Source: a virus. Taken from it: DNA of 64,000 nt. Below, piece by piece: positions 47,604 to 57,879 of this stretch (positions within the stretch are counted from its first letter, which is position 1; the number at the start of each line of letters is the position of its first letter). The stretch lies in the IMG/VR virus record IMGVR_UViG_3300043436_003324; one strand, written 5' to 3'. Below the pieces are notes generated by a model. It was not told the origin of the DNA and made no database searches. It worked only from the letters and a program-made list of their open reading frames with translations. A program made the translations under genes and the position numbers.

Positions 47604-48304
47604 TATTTTAAATCTTTTAATTGTTTTATGAATTCAACTAACACATCAACATCTTTTTCACAATACTCAGCAATTTGGGGTAATTTTTGTTCTACCCAAT
47701 AAGCGTGATGTACTTTATCTCCTGTTATTTCTCCGTCTTTAGGTGTTGGTATTCCCATTGTGGAACAAACCAAATCTAAGGAACCTATTGACGTGTAAGA
47801 ACCATATTGCCAAATTTCTTTTGTGTCAATTGCTTTAACCTCCCAAGGCTTCGTATCGTAAGATGGTAATAACTTAGACGGTAAAATTCCATTTATTATC
47901 ATTCTTTTTGCTAACATAGGAATATCAAAATTCTTTAAGTTATGTCCACATAGATAGAAATCTAATTTATGGCATCTATCTAGAAGACTTCTCACTTGTG
48001 TTAATAAAACTTTTTCATCATCACCTGAGAATGTTTGTTTTTTTACTTCTCCGTTATCCATAACGAACGCCATAGAAACACAAACAATTTTTGCAAACTC
48101 AGGAACTAATGATGAACGTTTTTTAAAAACTTCTTCTTTTGATAACCCAATATCTTCTGGAAATCTTTTTTGAAACCAATCAAAATATTTCTCAAACTGT
48201 TCTGCAATTTCAGGACTAAATCTTTCGCAAGATTCTAAATCAGGACAACCCCCAACAGTTTCAATGTCAAGGAATAAAATTTTTGTAATGGGTATGTTTA
48301 TCAT
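47603..48304 (-). CDS. DEDD 3'-5' exonuclease (PolB-exo-like)
   Basis: LFLDIETV, GHNLKNFDIP, YCEKDV. Confidence 0.85.
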   Translation of the reverse strand: MINIPITKILFLDIETVGGCPDLESCERFSPEIAEQFEKYFDWFQKRFPEDIGLSKEEVFKKRSSLVPEFAKIVCVSMAFVMDNGEVKKQTFSGDDEKVLLTQVRSLLDRCHKLDFYLCGHNLKNFDIPMLAKRMIINGILPSKLLPSYDTKPWEVKAIDTKEIWQYGSYTSIGSLDLVCSTMGIPTPKDGEITGDKVHHAYWVEQKLPQIAEYCEKDVDVLVEFIKQLKDLK

Positions 48305-48307
48305 AAT

Positions 48308-49525
48308 TTATTTAATTAAAGATTTGTAAAATTGATATCTTTCGCGAGTAACGTTATTAAGGTCATATTTGTCTTTCACGGTTTCATAAAGTCTTTCTCC
48401 AAGATCAACAATCATACTTGGATTGTCGACCAACTTTTTAATATTTTTTGCCCAATCACTATGATTATTATTTTCGTTAACCAATAAAGCGTTACCATCG
48501 GTAAATTTACCTTGATGTAAAGCGTGTTTTAAATCAATCGTGTATGGACCAACATTTGATGCAATTAAAGCTTTCTTATAAAATCCTGCCTCAATAACTT
48601 TCAATTGAGACTTCATTCTATTAAAGATATGATTTTGAATTGGTGATAACGATATGTCAAATTTAGAATAATTTTTAGCATATGACGTTACAGGTTTTGT
48701 CCATACTCTTACATAGTTCTCGTTATTTAAAGACCCAAAATAGGTTTCATCCGTAAATTTATTTAAAAACTCTTTGTATTTTGGTGAAACTATTTTGTAG
48801 TTATTAGTAAAAATTTCTTCGTACTTAACCCATACAGTTTCTTCAGGGTTGATTGGTCTTTGTTTCTTTTCTCCTGTTTGTTTATTTATTTCAGTAACCA
48901 TACCTCTTGTGTCAAAACCACAAACATAAAATTGTAATTTATCTTGTATTTGGGATAATTTGCTAACCGTCCCATCTAATAATTTTAAATCATGTAAGTG
49001 AGAGGATCCCCCTAACCAACCTACTCTTATTTTATCTGAAGGTAGTGTTTCCTCATTGTATTGAGGATCCTGTGGATCTATTGCGTTTGGTAACACAATA
49101 ACATTTTTATTAAATTTTCTAATCTCATTAGCAAAAATTTCAGTGGTTGTTGTTACGTATGAGGCGGCTTTAAGATTTTGAACTATTTTTTCATGTATCT
49201 TATTTGCCAAGATAAGTTGTTGTATTGGATGTTCCTTTGTTGGTAACCAATAATCGTCAATATCCCCAACAACAATAATTCCTTCTAATTTTAATTTATT
49301 TATTAAAGATAAAGATTTCTCATAATCTTGCCCAATACTTCTATGAAAATGAACAATTTGGTATTTTTTAAAATAGTTTATGTCATCAACGTTTGGTTGA
49401 TAATCAATATCAATATGAAATTCTTCAGGGTACATGTTTTGTAATTTAACATGTGGATCTATAGATCTATATTTACCAACACCTGATTGATCTGAAGGTA
49501 ATACTAATACGTTAATTTTTTCCAT
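48308..49525 (-). CDS. GT-B glycosyltransferase (GT4-like)
   Basis: GVGKYRSIDP, DIDDYW, LPNAID, VGWLGGSSHLHDL, KSQLKVIEAG. Confidence 0.8.
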   Translation of the reverse strand: MEKINVLVLPSDQSGVGKYRSIDPHVKLQNMYPEEFHIDIDYQPNVDDINYFKKYQIVHFHRSIGQDYEKSLSLINKLKLEGIIVVGDIDDYWLPTKEHPIQQLILANKIHEKIVQNLKAASYVTTTTEIFANEIRKFNKNVIVLPNAIDPQDPQYNEETLPSDKIRVGWLGGSSHLHDLKLLDGTVSKLSQIQDKLQFYVCGFDTRGMVTEINKQTGEKKQRPINPEETVWVKYEEIFTNNYKIVSPKYKEFLNKFTDETYFGSLNNENYVRVWTKPVTSYAKNYSKFDISLSPIQNHIFNRMKSQLKVIEAGFYKKALIASNVGPYTIDLKHALHQGKFTDGNALLVNENNNHSDWAKNIKKLVDNPSMIVDLGERLYETVKDKYDLNNVTRERYQFYKSLIK

Positions 49526-49573
49526 AACAAAAATATATCTAAATATTATGGAAATATCAACCTAAAAGACAAT

Positions 49574-49604
49574 AAAAAATCCCCGTCTTAAAAGACGAGG
49601 ATTT
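49574..49604 (-). terminator. Intrinsic terminator
   Basis: Stem ATCCCCGTCTT-AA-AAGACGAGGAT with a T run on the minus strand. Confidence 0.7.
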
Positions 49605-49627
49605 AAAAATTTTTAGTATAGTTAAAC

Positions 49628-50233
49628 TTATCTTGCAATCTTTTTAACTTTTAAAAGTTTACCTTCAAAAATATGTTGACCAACTCTAAATTTAAAAATA
49701 TCATTAGTACTTGATTCTGACTCGGTTAATAATCCATTACTTCTTAAAACATCCTCAACTGTCTCTTTCACTATGTTTTTAATATCATTTGCGGTAAGAC
49801 CTATCTGAGGTACTTTATTTTGAATTGTTGGACTTTGTTTTTTTGATTCCCCTATGTTATCTCCTTTGGCATTAATATTCATAAGTCTTGATGCCTTTTC
49901 AACTAAGTCATCAGATAATACGGAATTGTTTAAAGGTCCTGATGGTTGTTGTATTGGGTGTTCAATCATCAATCTTTTAATTTCATCGGGTAATCTAGAA
50001 TTTAAAATTTTATCTTCTGTGTTATCAAATTGGTTTTGTTTTTTTTGTTTTACTGCGTCTTCAGATAAATATTCTTGAGGTATGTTGTAAGTTCCTTTTA
50101 CAGGTTCGTACGTATCAACATTTATATTATTATCTAAAGATTCTGTTACTGTGTTTCTACCCATATTATTATGTTTTTGCATAATTTGTTTTGATATCTG
50201 TAGTTTTTGTAATAACGCTTCTTCTGAATTCAT
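49628..50233 (-). CDS. Hypothetical protein
   Basis: Probable start MNSEEAL at 50233. Confidence 0.7.
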   Translation of the reverse strand: MNSEEALLQKLQISKQIMQKHNNMGRNTVTESLDNNINVDTYEPVKGTYNIPQEYLSEDAVKQKKQNQFDNTEDKILNSRLPDEIKRLMIEHPIQQPSGPLNNSVLSDDLVEKASRLMNINAKGDNIGESKKQSPTIQNKVPQIGLTANDIKNIVKETVEDVLRSNGLLTESESSTNDIFKFRVGQHIFEGKLLKVKKIAR

Positions 50234-50252
50234 ATTATTTAAATTTTTTTTA

Positions 50253-50636
50253 TTAATCAAAAATTGCGTTAATAACAACTCTTGACATACTTTTATCTCC
50301 GTTAGGGTTATAGTTTGGTCTAGGTTCGTTAAATTTCTCCATAGTTGGTTTTAATGCTATTATTTTATCTACTCTAAATAATCTCCAGCTTGGTAATGGT
50401 TTTTTACCTTTATACCCCCTATGTGAAGCTCCTTCCATATCCCATGCTCTTAAGACAGGGTTTCCGGATTTACTATACCCAAAACAAACAGGTTCAATAA
50501 TTCTTAAACCTTTTCCTCCCGGTTCATCACCATCATAATAAACAATCACCCTACGCTTTTTTTTAATTGCGTCGACTATTGAGGATATTGATGCTACCTC
50601 AACAATAATGTCTTTAAATGAATTGTAAAGTTTCAT
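50253..50636 (-). CDS. Stand-alone WYL-domain protein
   Basis: LRIIEPVCFG...LRAWD...WRLFRVDKI. Confidence 0.75.
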   Translation of the reverse strand: MKLYNSFKDIIVEVASISSIVDAIKKKRRVIVYYDGDEPGGKGLRIIEPVCFGYSKSGNPVLRAWDMEGASHRGYKGKKPLPSWRLFRVDKIIALKPTMEKFNEPRPNYNPNGDKSMSRVVINAIFD

Positions 50637-50926
50637 TAGGTTAACGAAGCGTAAGGATATGGGTTGTCTGCTTTATATTTGTTAATAACAATTTCTGATT
50701 TTCTTTCTAATTGGTCGGTTTTTGTTCCGCCATTTACAGTATCTAAGAAAACACCGGTACCTCTACCTTTATCATCACCATCACTCATTGCATCTTTATT
50801 AGTTGATGAATACTCGTTTGTGGTCTTATAATCATTTTTAGGTATTAGTTTTTTTCTTTCTTGATCTGCATATTTAGACAACAAATTATTTGGTTGACTA
50901 AAATCTAAAGGTTCTAAAGTTGGCAT
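50636..50926 (-). CDS. Hypothetical protein
   Basis: 96 aa, start overlaps the neighbouring gene. Confidence 0.65.
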   Translation of the reverse strand: MPTLEPLDFSQPNNLLSKYADQERKKLIPKNDYKTTNEYSSTNKDAMSDGDDKGRGTGVFLDTVNGGTKTDQLERKSEIVINKYKADNPYPYASLT

Positions 50927-50927
50927 A

Positions 50928-51389
50928 TTAAATTATTTTTTTTATTAAATCGTTTATCCTAATTAGGGTTTCTTTTATTTTTAAATTGTCTGTCATATCA
51001 GACGCATCAAATTCACTCGCTAAAGGGCCCAAGTCTTTAAGAAAATTCTTATCTATTGGATCCTCTGGCATGTAATCATTTTTAATGGTCTTTGTAAAAT
51101 TATCGGTATCTCTTAAACCTTTTATTGTGTTTGTTACCCAATTTCTCATTAAATCACCACCATTTAGTATGTACGGAGCATCTTCCTTGTTTCCATTATA
51201 ATATCTAAACCAATTATCAATTCTTTCTAACTGTTGGAAAGTTGCGTTTTTAGAACTCCTTAATTCCTCATTTCTTTTATGTCCCTCAACAGAAGAATCA
51301 GAATTAGGGACTTGTTGAAAACAAATTGTTAAATGATCCAACAGTTCTTTTGGTACATCAATAATTTTATTATATAAATCTTTATTCAC
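50928..51389 (-). CDS. Hypothetical protein
   Basis: 153 aa; C-terminal KETLIRINDLIKKII. Confidence 0.7.
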   Translation of the reverse strand: MNKDLYNKIIDVPKELLDHLTICFQQVPNSDSSVEGHKRNEELRSSKNATFQQLERIDNWFRYYNGNKEDAPYILNGGDLMRNWVTNTIKGLRDTDNFTKTIKNDYMPEDPIDKNFLKDLGPLASEFDASDMTDNLKIKETLIRINDLIKKII

Positions 51390-52365
51390 CTTTTTTTAAG
51401 ATTTGTATTAATTTATTTAAGTTAATGTCTTCTTTATCTGCAATTGATTTAATTGATTGTAGATTTTTTTTTATAATCCTATAAATAGGCGTCTCATCGT
51501 CAGATTTAAGTTTTTCTTTTTTTACAATATCTTCACTATCTGATTTTTTACTTAAAACTATTTCATCAATTAAAGTGTCTAACTTATCTTTTTCTAATTC
51601 AAACAATCTTCTTTTTGTATAACAATTTTTACACCTACCTTGTTTTTTTTCTTGTTTTAGTTCTAAATCTAATTTTTTATCAAAACCAAAAACTTTACAT
51701 CTCTCATCTCTTTCTAAAAAATCTTCAACTCCAAGTTCTTCCATAGATTTCATACATTCAGAATATGTTTTATCATATTCTGTTTCTTCACTACCAAACG
51801 TACCTGTTATGTCTTCTTCATCTATCACAGGTTTGTTTTCTTCGGATTCACCATAATAAATTCTTGCAAATGGGAATTGACTTACTTTAGACATTCTTGC
51901 CGTTTGATCCGTTGTTTTTCTTGGGTGATGACTTAATTTTAAAATAGGAACATTAGATCCAATTGGAGATCCGTCGGACGAAACCAATTCGTCAATTTCA
52001 CCATCGGTTTTTACTTCTTTATATTTTTCAGGAACTTTACTTGTTAGTTTAATCCCTAACTTTTGACCAAGTTTAACAATGAATGGTGTTGCAATTGATG
52101 ATCCAGGGACCAACTGAAAAACAATTAGAGGTATTAATTTTAATATATCTGAAGATTGATCTTTAATAAATTTTTTCTCTTCTTCATTTAAATCAAAATC
52201 TTTATTTTTTAAATAATCTTTGGTTGTTGAAATAAGTATTTTTACAAGTAACCTTGTTTCTTTTACTTCGCTAATTGCCAAATCTTTATATTTTTTTAAT
52301 GCACCCAAAACCGAACCAGTATTTTTTGGTTTGTCTTCACTTAACAAATTATTTGAATGTGACAT
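51382..52365 (-). CDS. Hypothetical protein with a LETM1-like hydrophobic segment
   Basis: DILKLIPLIVFQLVPGSSIATP; late motif at 52380-86. Confidence 0.65.
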   Translation of the reverse strand: MSHSNNLLSEDKPKNTGSVLGALKKYKDLAISEVKETRLLVKILISTTKDYLKNKDFDLNEEEKKFIKDQSSDILKLIPLIVFQLVPGSSIATPFIVKLGQKLGIKLTSKVPEKYKEVKTDGEIDELVSSDGSPIGSNVPILKLSHHPRKTTDQTARMSKVSQFPFARIYYGESEENKPVIDEEDITGTFGSEETEYDKTYSECMKSMEELGVEDFLERDERCKVFGFDKKLDLELKQEKKQGRCKNCYTKRRLFELEKDKLDTLIDEIVLSKKSDSEDIVKKEKLKSDDETPIYRIIKKNLQSIKSIADKEDINLNKLIQILKKGE

Positions 52366-52418
52366 ATACAGTTTTTAATATAAATACTTTGATCTGTTGT
52401 ATTTATTAAATAAAAAGA

Positions 52419-55274
52419 ATGGCGGGACAAAATATTAATCAATATGTGTTTCAAAAATATAAAATAAACACCGTTAATGAGTCAATGGATATGTCATTGT
52501 CGTCAGATGAAAGAGATTATAACGAGGAAGTTATTTTTTCTCCATACCTTATTGCGGAAACCTACGGTAATAAATTACCAATTAATATTGATATTAATAA
52601 TCCATTAACATCTCAAGGATTAATATTAAATTATAAAAATTTTAATTCTAATAATGTTTTTGTTTCTCAAAATTACTATAACCCAAACAATGAAGATCTA
52701 ACTTGTTTTTCATCATCAACATTATGTGATGTAGGTTTAACAGGTATAGATAATGGTTTGGTTGATAAAATGACGGGGGAGACCTTAAATTATACAAAAG
52801 GATTATATAATGATTTTTTAAAATTTGACAGATTACATTTTGATAGAAGAATTAAATTATTCCAAGTAACGGGACACACCCAAAGTAATAATAAATTTTC
52901 AGGAATTACAAAAGACACTCTTTATGAGGTTGTAAGTAAAAACGATCCTCAGTTTGGTAAGTACCATGAATTGTACGGTGGTTTCTACCAAGGATTTTAC
53001 AAACTATTTGGATTTGATTATGAGGTTTTACCTGAAAGATCTTCTAAAGGTTGGTCGGTAGAAATGTTATTAAGACCTAGATTTGTTAATGAATACAATC
53101 CATTACCTACTGAAACAACTCTTAATGAGATGTACCCAAAAAATAAAAATACGTTTTTTTATTTTGGTACAAGAGCCGAAAATAAATTTTACCATCATGC
53201 TGATGGACACCCAAATTGTTTAACTGGTTATACAAGAGTTACTAATTCATTAAGTGGTTGTCCGTCAACATGTGCTTGTTGTGATAGAACAGTTACGGAT
53301 AGTAGATGTGTTTATGTTTACCCACCAAGATCTTATAATAACCAACATGATCCACATTTAAATTATGGATGTCCACTTTGTGGTGGGGACAAAAAAATCT
53401 CACTAACATGTGGTTGTGGTTGTAATGAAAGTTCATGTGAAACTTGTGGGTGGGAATGTCAAATACATAATTGTGAAACAGTAATTTTACCAACACCTAC
53501 CCCGTCACCAACACCAACACCTACCCCGTCATGTGAAACACAAACACCGGTATGTACACCAACCTGTACTAAATGTGAAACGTGCGATGAGTGTACAACT
53601 TGTGGACCAACGGGTTTTACTTCTATTGAGTACACATGTGAGACTGATCCATTGTTTGATGTTATGTCAAATAATATATCGTTTAAACTTTGTGGTGATG
53701 TGAAAAACCCACAGATTGGTGTAAAGGTATTAAGGTTTACTGGTGGTTGTGAAACAACGGGAACTTGCGTAACGGGTAAAACATATGTTACAGGATATAC
53801 TATTGATGAATATTGTTCACCACCAATTTATCCTTATTGTGAAATTGTTAACCCTGATTTCTTAAATGAGGAGCATTGGTTTTTAGTTAACGTAACTTGG
53901 GAAAGATATTCATGGTTTGATTTCTGCGATTTAAAATTTTATGGAGGTTTGTTTGACATTACTAAATTTGAATACTTGGAATCTTTGGCAAACAACAGTG
54001 TTGAATTAATAAGACCTCCTTTAACCCATAACAATAAAAGCGGAGAATTAATAGAATTAGTTAACTTAAATGAAACTTGGTTAGATGAAAAAAAACATAG
54101 ATTAGGAAGATTAAAGATTTATGTTAACGGTAAAAAAATATATACAATAGAGGACTTTGAAGAAGTAATACCAAGAGGTTTGTTTACCGATAAAGAAAAA
54201 CAAATAGGGGTTCCTTTTAATATCTCTTGGGGTGGTGGAACACAAGGATTACATGAAAATTTAACTTTTTCATCTTGTTCTGCGTTAACATCAAATTACA
54301 TACAAGATCCAGAATGTTTACCTAATAATATATTAAGTGGTACTACTTTATCGGGGTTAAGTACTAACATACTACTTGAACAAAATTTCGGGGGAACCTT
54401 TGATGGGGGGATATCTCAGTTCAGATTTTATATTGAACCTTTAGAATCCGACGAGATCAAACATAATTTTAAATTGTTGAAAGATAAATTTATTTTATTT
54501 GATCCTGATTGTCCTGATTGTGATACTAAATTTTGTAAGACAAATGATTTAACATATCAGATAAATGATGTTGTTACAAGTACAACAACAATAAATTCTT
54601 TACCACATAGTTTAGGTAGGGTTTATATTGAGGACAAAAGAGATTTAAATTATCTTATAAAAAACAACCAACGAACACTCCAACAAATATCAACACCACC
54701 AAAAGTTTTAACTCAAAGGTATTGGGACGCCAATGGATGGTGGGGAGATCAAGGAAACACACCTCAATGTGTTGGGTATTCGTGGTCACATTGGTTAGAA
54801 GATGGTCCTGTACAACAATCAGGAATTCCACCAATAATTAAACCTTTTGATATTTACAAGAACGCACAAAAATTAGACCAGTGGATTGGCGAAAATTATG
54901 AAGGAACATCGGTTCGTGGTGGTGTAAAATATTTAAAAAATATTGGTAAAGTAAAATCATATTATTGGGCATTTGATGTACAAACATTGTCTGAAACAAT
55001 TTTAAAATTAGGTCCTGTGGTTGTTGGGACTAATTGGTATAATGGAATGTTTTATCCTAATAAAACTGGGTTAATTAAAATTAGTGGACAGATGGTTGGT
55101 GGTCATGCCTACTTAATAAATGGTGTTGACACAAAAACAAAACAATTTAGAATAAAGAACAGTTGGGGTAAATCTTGGGGTAATGGTGGACATGCGTTTA
55201 TTTCGTTTAATGATATGTCAAGGTTAATAAAAGAAAATGGAGAAATCTGTTTGGCAATTGAATTAGGAAGTTAA
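52419..55274 (+). CDS. Large Cys-rich, PT-repeat protein with C-terminal papain-like (C1) peptidase
   Basis: Catalytic motifs DQGNTPQCVGYS, GGHAY, KNSWGKSWG; PTPTPSPTPTPTP linker; LamG-like LKIYVNG and GGISQFRFY segments. Confidence 0.8.
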   Translation: MAGQNINQYVFQKYKINTVNESMDMSLSSDERDYNEEVIFSPYLIAETYGNKLPINIDINNPLTSQGLILNYKNFNSNNVFVSQNYYNPNNEDLTCFSSSTLCDVGLTGIDNGLVDKMTGETLNYTKGLYNDFLKFDRLHFDRRIKLFQVTGHTQSNNKFSGITKDTLYEVVSKNDPQFGKYHELYGGFYQGFYKLFGFDYEVLPERSSKGWSVEMLLRPRFVNEYNPLPTETTLNEMYPKNKNTFFYFGTRAENKFYHHADGHPNCLTGYTRVTNSLSGCPSTCACCDRTVTDSRCVYVYPPRSYNNQHDPHLNYGCPLCGGDKKISLTCGCGCNESSCETCGWECQIHNCETVILPTPTPSPTPTPTPSCETQTPVCTPTCTKCETCDECTTCGPTGFTSIEYTCETDPLFDVMSNNISFKLCGDVKNPQIGVKVLRFTGGCETTGTCVTGKTYVTGYTIDEYCSPPIYPYCEIVNPDFLNEEHWFLVNVTWERYSWFDFCDLKFYGGLFDITKFEYLESLANNSVELIRPPLTHNNKSGELIELVNLNETWLDEKKHRLGRLKIYVNGKKIYTIEDFEEVIPRGLFTDKEKQIGVPFNISWGGGTQGLHENLTFSSCSALTSNYIQDPECLPNNILSGTTLSGLSTNILLEQNFGGTFDGGISQFRFYIEPLESDEIKHNFKLLKDKFILFDPDCPDCDTKFCKTNDLTYQINDVVTSTTTINSLPHSLGRVYIEDKRDLNYLIKNNQRTLQQISTPPKVLTQRYWDANGWWGDQGNTPQCVGYSWSHWLEDGPVQQSGIPPIIKPFDIYKNAQKLDQWIGENYEGTSVRGGVKYLKNIGKVKSYYWAFDVQTLSETILKLGPVVVGTNWYNGMFYPNKTGLIKISGQMVGGHAYLINGVDTKTKQFRIKNSWGKSWGNGGHAFISFNDMSRLIKENGEICLAIELGS

Positions 55275-55873
55275 TGAGTACAAGTATTACAATAGAAAGT
55301 ATTAATTTTATTGGGGAAAGTGTTACAGTACTTTTCAAACCCGATAACGATTTGGTTACAATTAATTTGGGTCCAATAACTCTACCGTTTATATTTTTTC
55401 CGGCTTCTTTAAACCCACCAAGAGAAGTATATGGAACATACACAATATTAGTGGATGAAAATAAATGTGTTAACATACTTAATGTTCCAAGAGTTACGCC
55501 AACACCAACACCGACGATTACTCCAACAAGAACTCAAACACCAACACCAACACCTACTAACACTCCAACAACGACTTTGGATCCTTGTAAAGTACCAACA
55601 CCAACACCTACGGTAACGCCAACAATAAGTTTAACTCCAACAATAACACCTACACCAAGTGCGACTTGTACTAATCCTTGTGGGTGTGGTGACCCAACAC
55701 CAACACCAACAGTTAAACCACCTAAACCAACACAAACTTGTACAAACCCTTGTGGATGTACCCCAACACCTACACCAACAGGAACTAATACTCCTATTTT
55801 TATATTTTATATTACCGGTGAAAACGGGAATAGGATATTGTCGGAAATAAGTGAGTACATAATTGCAGAATAA
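55274..55873 (+). CDS. Pro-Thr repeat (mucin-like) protein
   Basis: Multiple (PT)n tracts and a duplicated CTNPCGC. Confidence 0.8.
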   Translation: MSTSITIESINFIGESVTVLFKPDNDLVTINLGPITLPFIFFPASLNPPREVYGTYTILVDENKCVNILNVPRVTPTPTPTITPTRTQTPTPTPTNTPTTTLDPCKVPTPTPTVTPTISLTPTITPTPSATCTNPCGCGDPTPTPTVKPPKPTQTCTNPCGCTPTPTPTGTNTPIFIFYITGENGNRILSEISEYIIAE

Positions 55874-55899
55874 ACTATTTATAAATTAAAAAATAAAAA

Positions 55900-57201
55900 A
55901 TGTCAGACGTTAAAATATCTCAATTTCCATATGTGGGTAATACAGGTTATACACCAAATGATTTGTTTGTGTTTGTTAACTACTTAAATCCTACCGGAAC
56001 AACAAGTAACACAAAAATAGACGACTTTAAAAATTTCATAATAATTGATTCTTATGATTATTTTCTACCATTAAGTGGGGGGAGTGTAACAGGATCAACA
56101 ACATTTACAAATGGATTAACCGCAAACACAATATCCGCAACAACATATCAAAATTTACCTAAAGATATATTTGTTACAGGAGGTACATATTCAAACGGGA
56201 GTACCACGTTTATAAACAATACAGGTGGTACATTTACAATTACAGGGTTTAGTACAACAACACCATTTACAGGTGGTACCGTATCAGGGGCGACTAATTT
56301 CACAAATGGTTTAACTGCGAACACAATATCTGCAACAACATATCAAAACTTACCTGTTGATCCTGATACTTTTGTGACAGGATTTACATACGGTAATAAT
56401 GTTTTTACAATAAAACAAAATAACGGACAACCTGATTTAACCGCAACAATTAATTCGGTAACAGGATTAACGGTTAATGGTAATCTAAATGTTACAGGTA
56501 ATACTTCTTTACAAGGATTAACCGCAACAACAATATCGGCAACAACAATATACGTTAGTCCTGGAGGTGCGAATGGAATAGTTCAAACTATTACTGGGTT
56601 AAACACAAACAATACTAATCCTGAAAATCCCGTTATTAATATTTCAGTTGATGGTGTTAGTATTACAGGTGATGGAACACCTGCAAATCCTTTAGTTTCT
56701 TCTAACCCAAATATAAATTTGCCGTCTTGTAAAATAAATATAAATGGTACCACAGGTTTATCAAACACAAACAATGGGGTTTTATTTTTATCTTTATTTA
56801 ATAATACCGTTTATAATACAAGTCCTTCTAATTTTGTAATTACAAATAGTAAAATTCAAATTGTAAATAATGGCAAATATCTAATATTAGGTAGATATTC
56901 AAGTTATGATATGTCAGATGGTACCGACTTTTTAAGTATTGGGGTTTTAAGTGCAACAACATCAGGTAATTTGGATTTAGGGACAACAATAGAGTATTTA
57001 GATAAAGGTTATATTGGGACAACAACAAATGGTGAAGCCAGTAAGAGTGGTAGTATGGTATATGTTGCCTCAGGAGGTGAATGGATTGGTCTTAATGCTT
57101 TACATGGTGGTGCTTCTGGTGGTAGTGGCACACAAGGGTACCCTGTTTTTGACAATTCACTTTTTAATCAACCATATCTTGAAATAATAAAAATATCATA
57201 A
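55900..57201 (+). CDS. Tail fibre-like Thr/Gly-rich repeat protein
   Basis: Repeated FTNGLTANTISATTYQNLP and VTGGTYSN-type motifs. Confidence 0.65.
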   Translation: MSDVKISQFPYVGNTGYTPNDLFVFVNYLNPTGTTSNTKIDDFKNFIIIDSYDYFLPLSGGSVTGSTTFTNGLTANTISATTYQNLPKDIFVTGGTYSNGSTTFINNTGGTFTITGFSTTTPFTGGTVSGATNFTNGLTANTISATTYQNLPVDPDTFVTGFTYGNNVFTIKQNNGQPDLTATINSVTGLTVNGNLNVTGNTSLQGLTATTISATTIYVSPGGANGIVQTITGLNTNNTNPENPVINISVDGVSITGDGTPANPLVSSNPNINLPSCKININGTTGLSNTNNGVLFLSLFNNTVYNTSPSNFVITNSKIQIVNNGKYLILGRYSSYDMSDGTDFLSIGVLSATTSGNLDLGTTIEYLDKGYIGTTTNGEASKSGSMVYVASGGEWIGLNALHGGASGGSGTQGYPVFDNSLFNQPYLEIIKIS

Positions 57202-57216
57202 ATAAAAATTAAAAAT

Positions 57217-57363
57217 ATGAATAATACTTGGGATAGTGTTACTTATTATATCTTAAATGGTGATATTAAATCTGAAGAAATTTATAAAACCAAAACAGAA
57301 ATAAACCAATGCCCGTCATATGGTGAAGGAATTTTTATTATTTATAATGAAATAAACCAATAA
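57217..57363 (+). CDS. Small hypothetical protein (48 aa), not in ORF track
   Basis: MNNTWDSVTYYILNGDIKSEEIYKTKTEINQCPSYGEGIFIIYNEINQ*. Confidence 0.45.
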   Translation: MNNTWDSVTYYILNGDIKSEEIYKTKTEINQCPSYGEGIFIIYNEINQ

Positions 57364-57364
57364 G

Positions 57365-57832
57365 ATGCCAAACGATATTACAATAACAAATATAACAGGA
57401 ACATCGCCATATGATTTATATGTTTGTGATGTTACAAATACTTTGTGTGTTTTTATATCAGGATTAACATCTGTTCCACCAAGTTATACTTTTATTGTTC
57501 CTCCACCATTAAATACTTCAGGGTCTTTATTAATTAAAATTATAGACGGAGATGGGTGTGAGAGGTTTGAGTATTACTCATGTGTAAGTCCCACACCAAC
57601 ACCAACCCCCACACCAACACCAAGTCCTTTACCAATATGTTATTGTACTGAGGCCATTGCATTAACCGATTCGGATGGTACTTTAGATTTTGTGGATTGT
57701 CTTGGCGTTACAAATACATCAGTCCCAATAATCTACACATCACCAACTTATTTTTGTGCGTCTGTTGTAACAAATTTATCTAATGTTAATATTGTTACCG
57801 GACCACCTTGTGTTTCTAATCTTTGTGTTTAA
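57365..57832 (+). CDS. Cys-rich PT-repeat protein
   Basis: SPTPTPTPTPTPSP tract; late motif at 57339. Confidence 0.8.
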   Translation: MPNDITITNITGTSPYDLYVCDVTNTLCVFISGLTSVPPSYTFIVPPPLNTSGSLLIKIIDGDGCERFEYYSCVSPTPTPTPTPTPSPLPICYCTEAIALTDSDGTLDFVDCLGVTNTSVPIIYTSPTYFCASVVTNLSNVNIVTGPPCVSNLCV

Positions 57833-57879
57833 ATTATTTATTTTAGTTCATTTGTTTATTATTTTTTAAAAAAAAAGTA

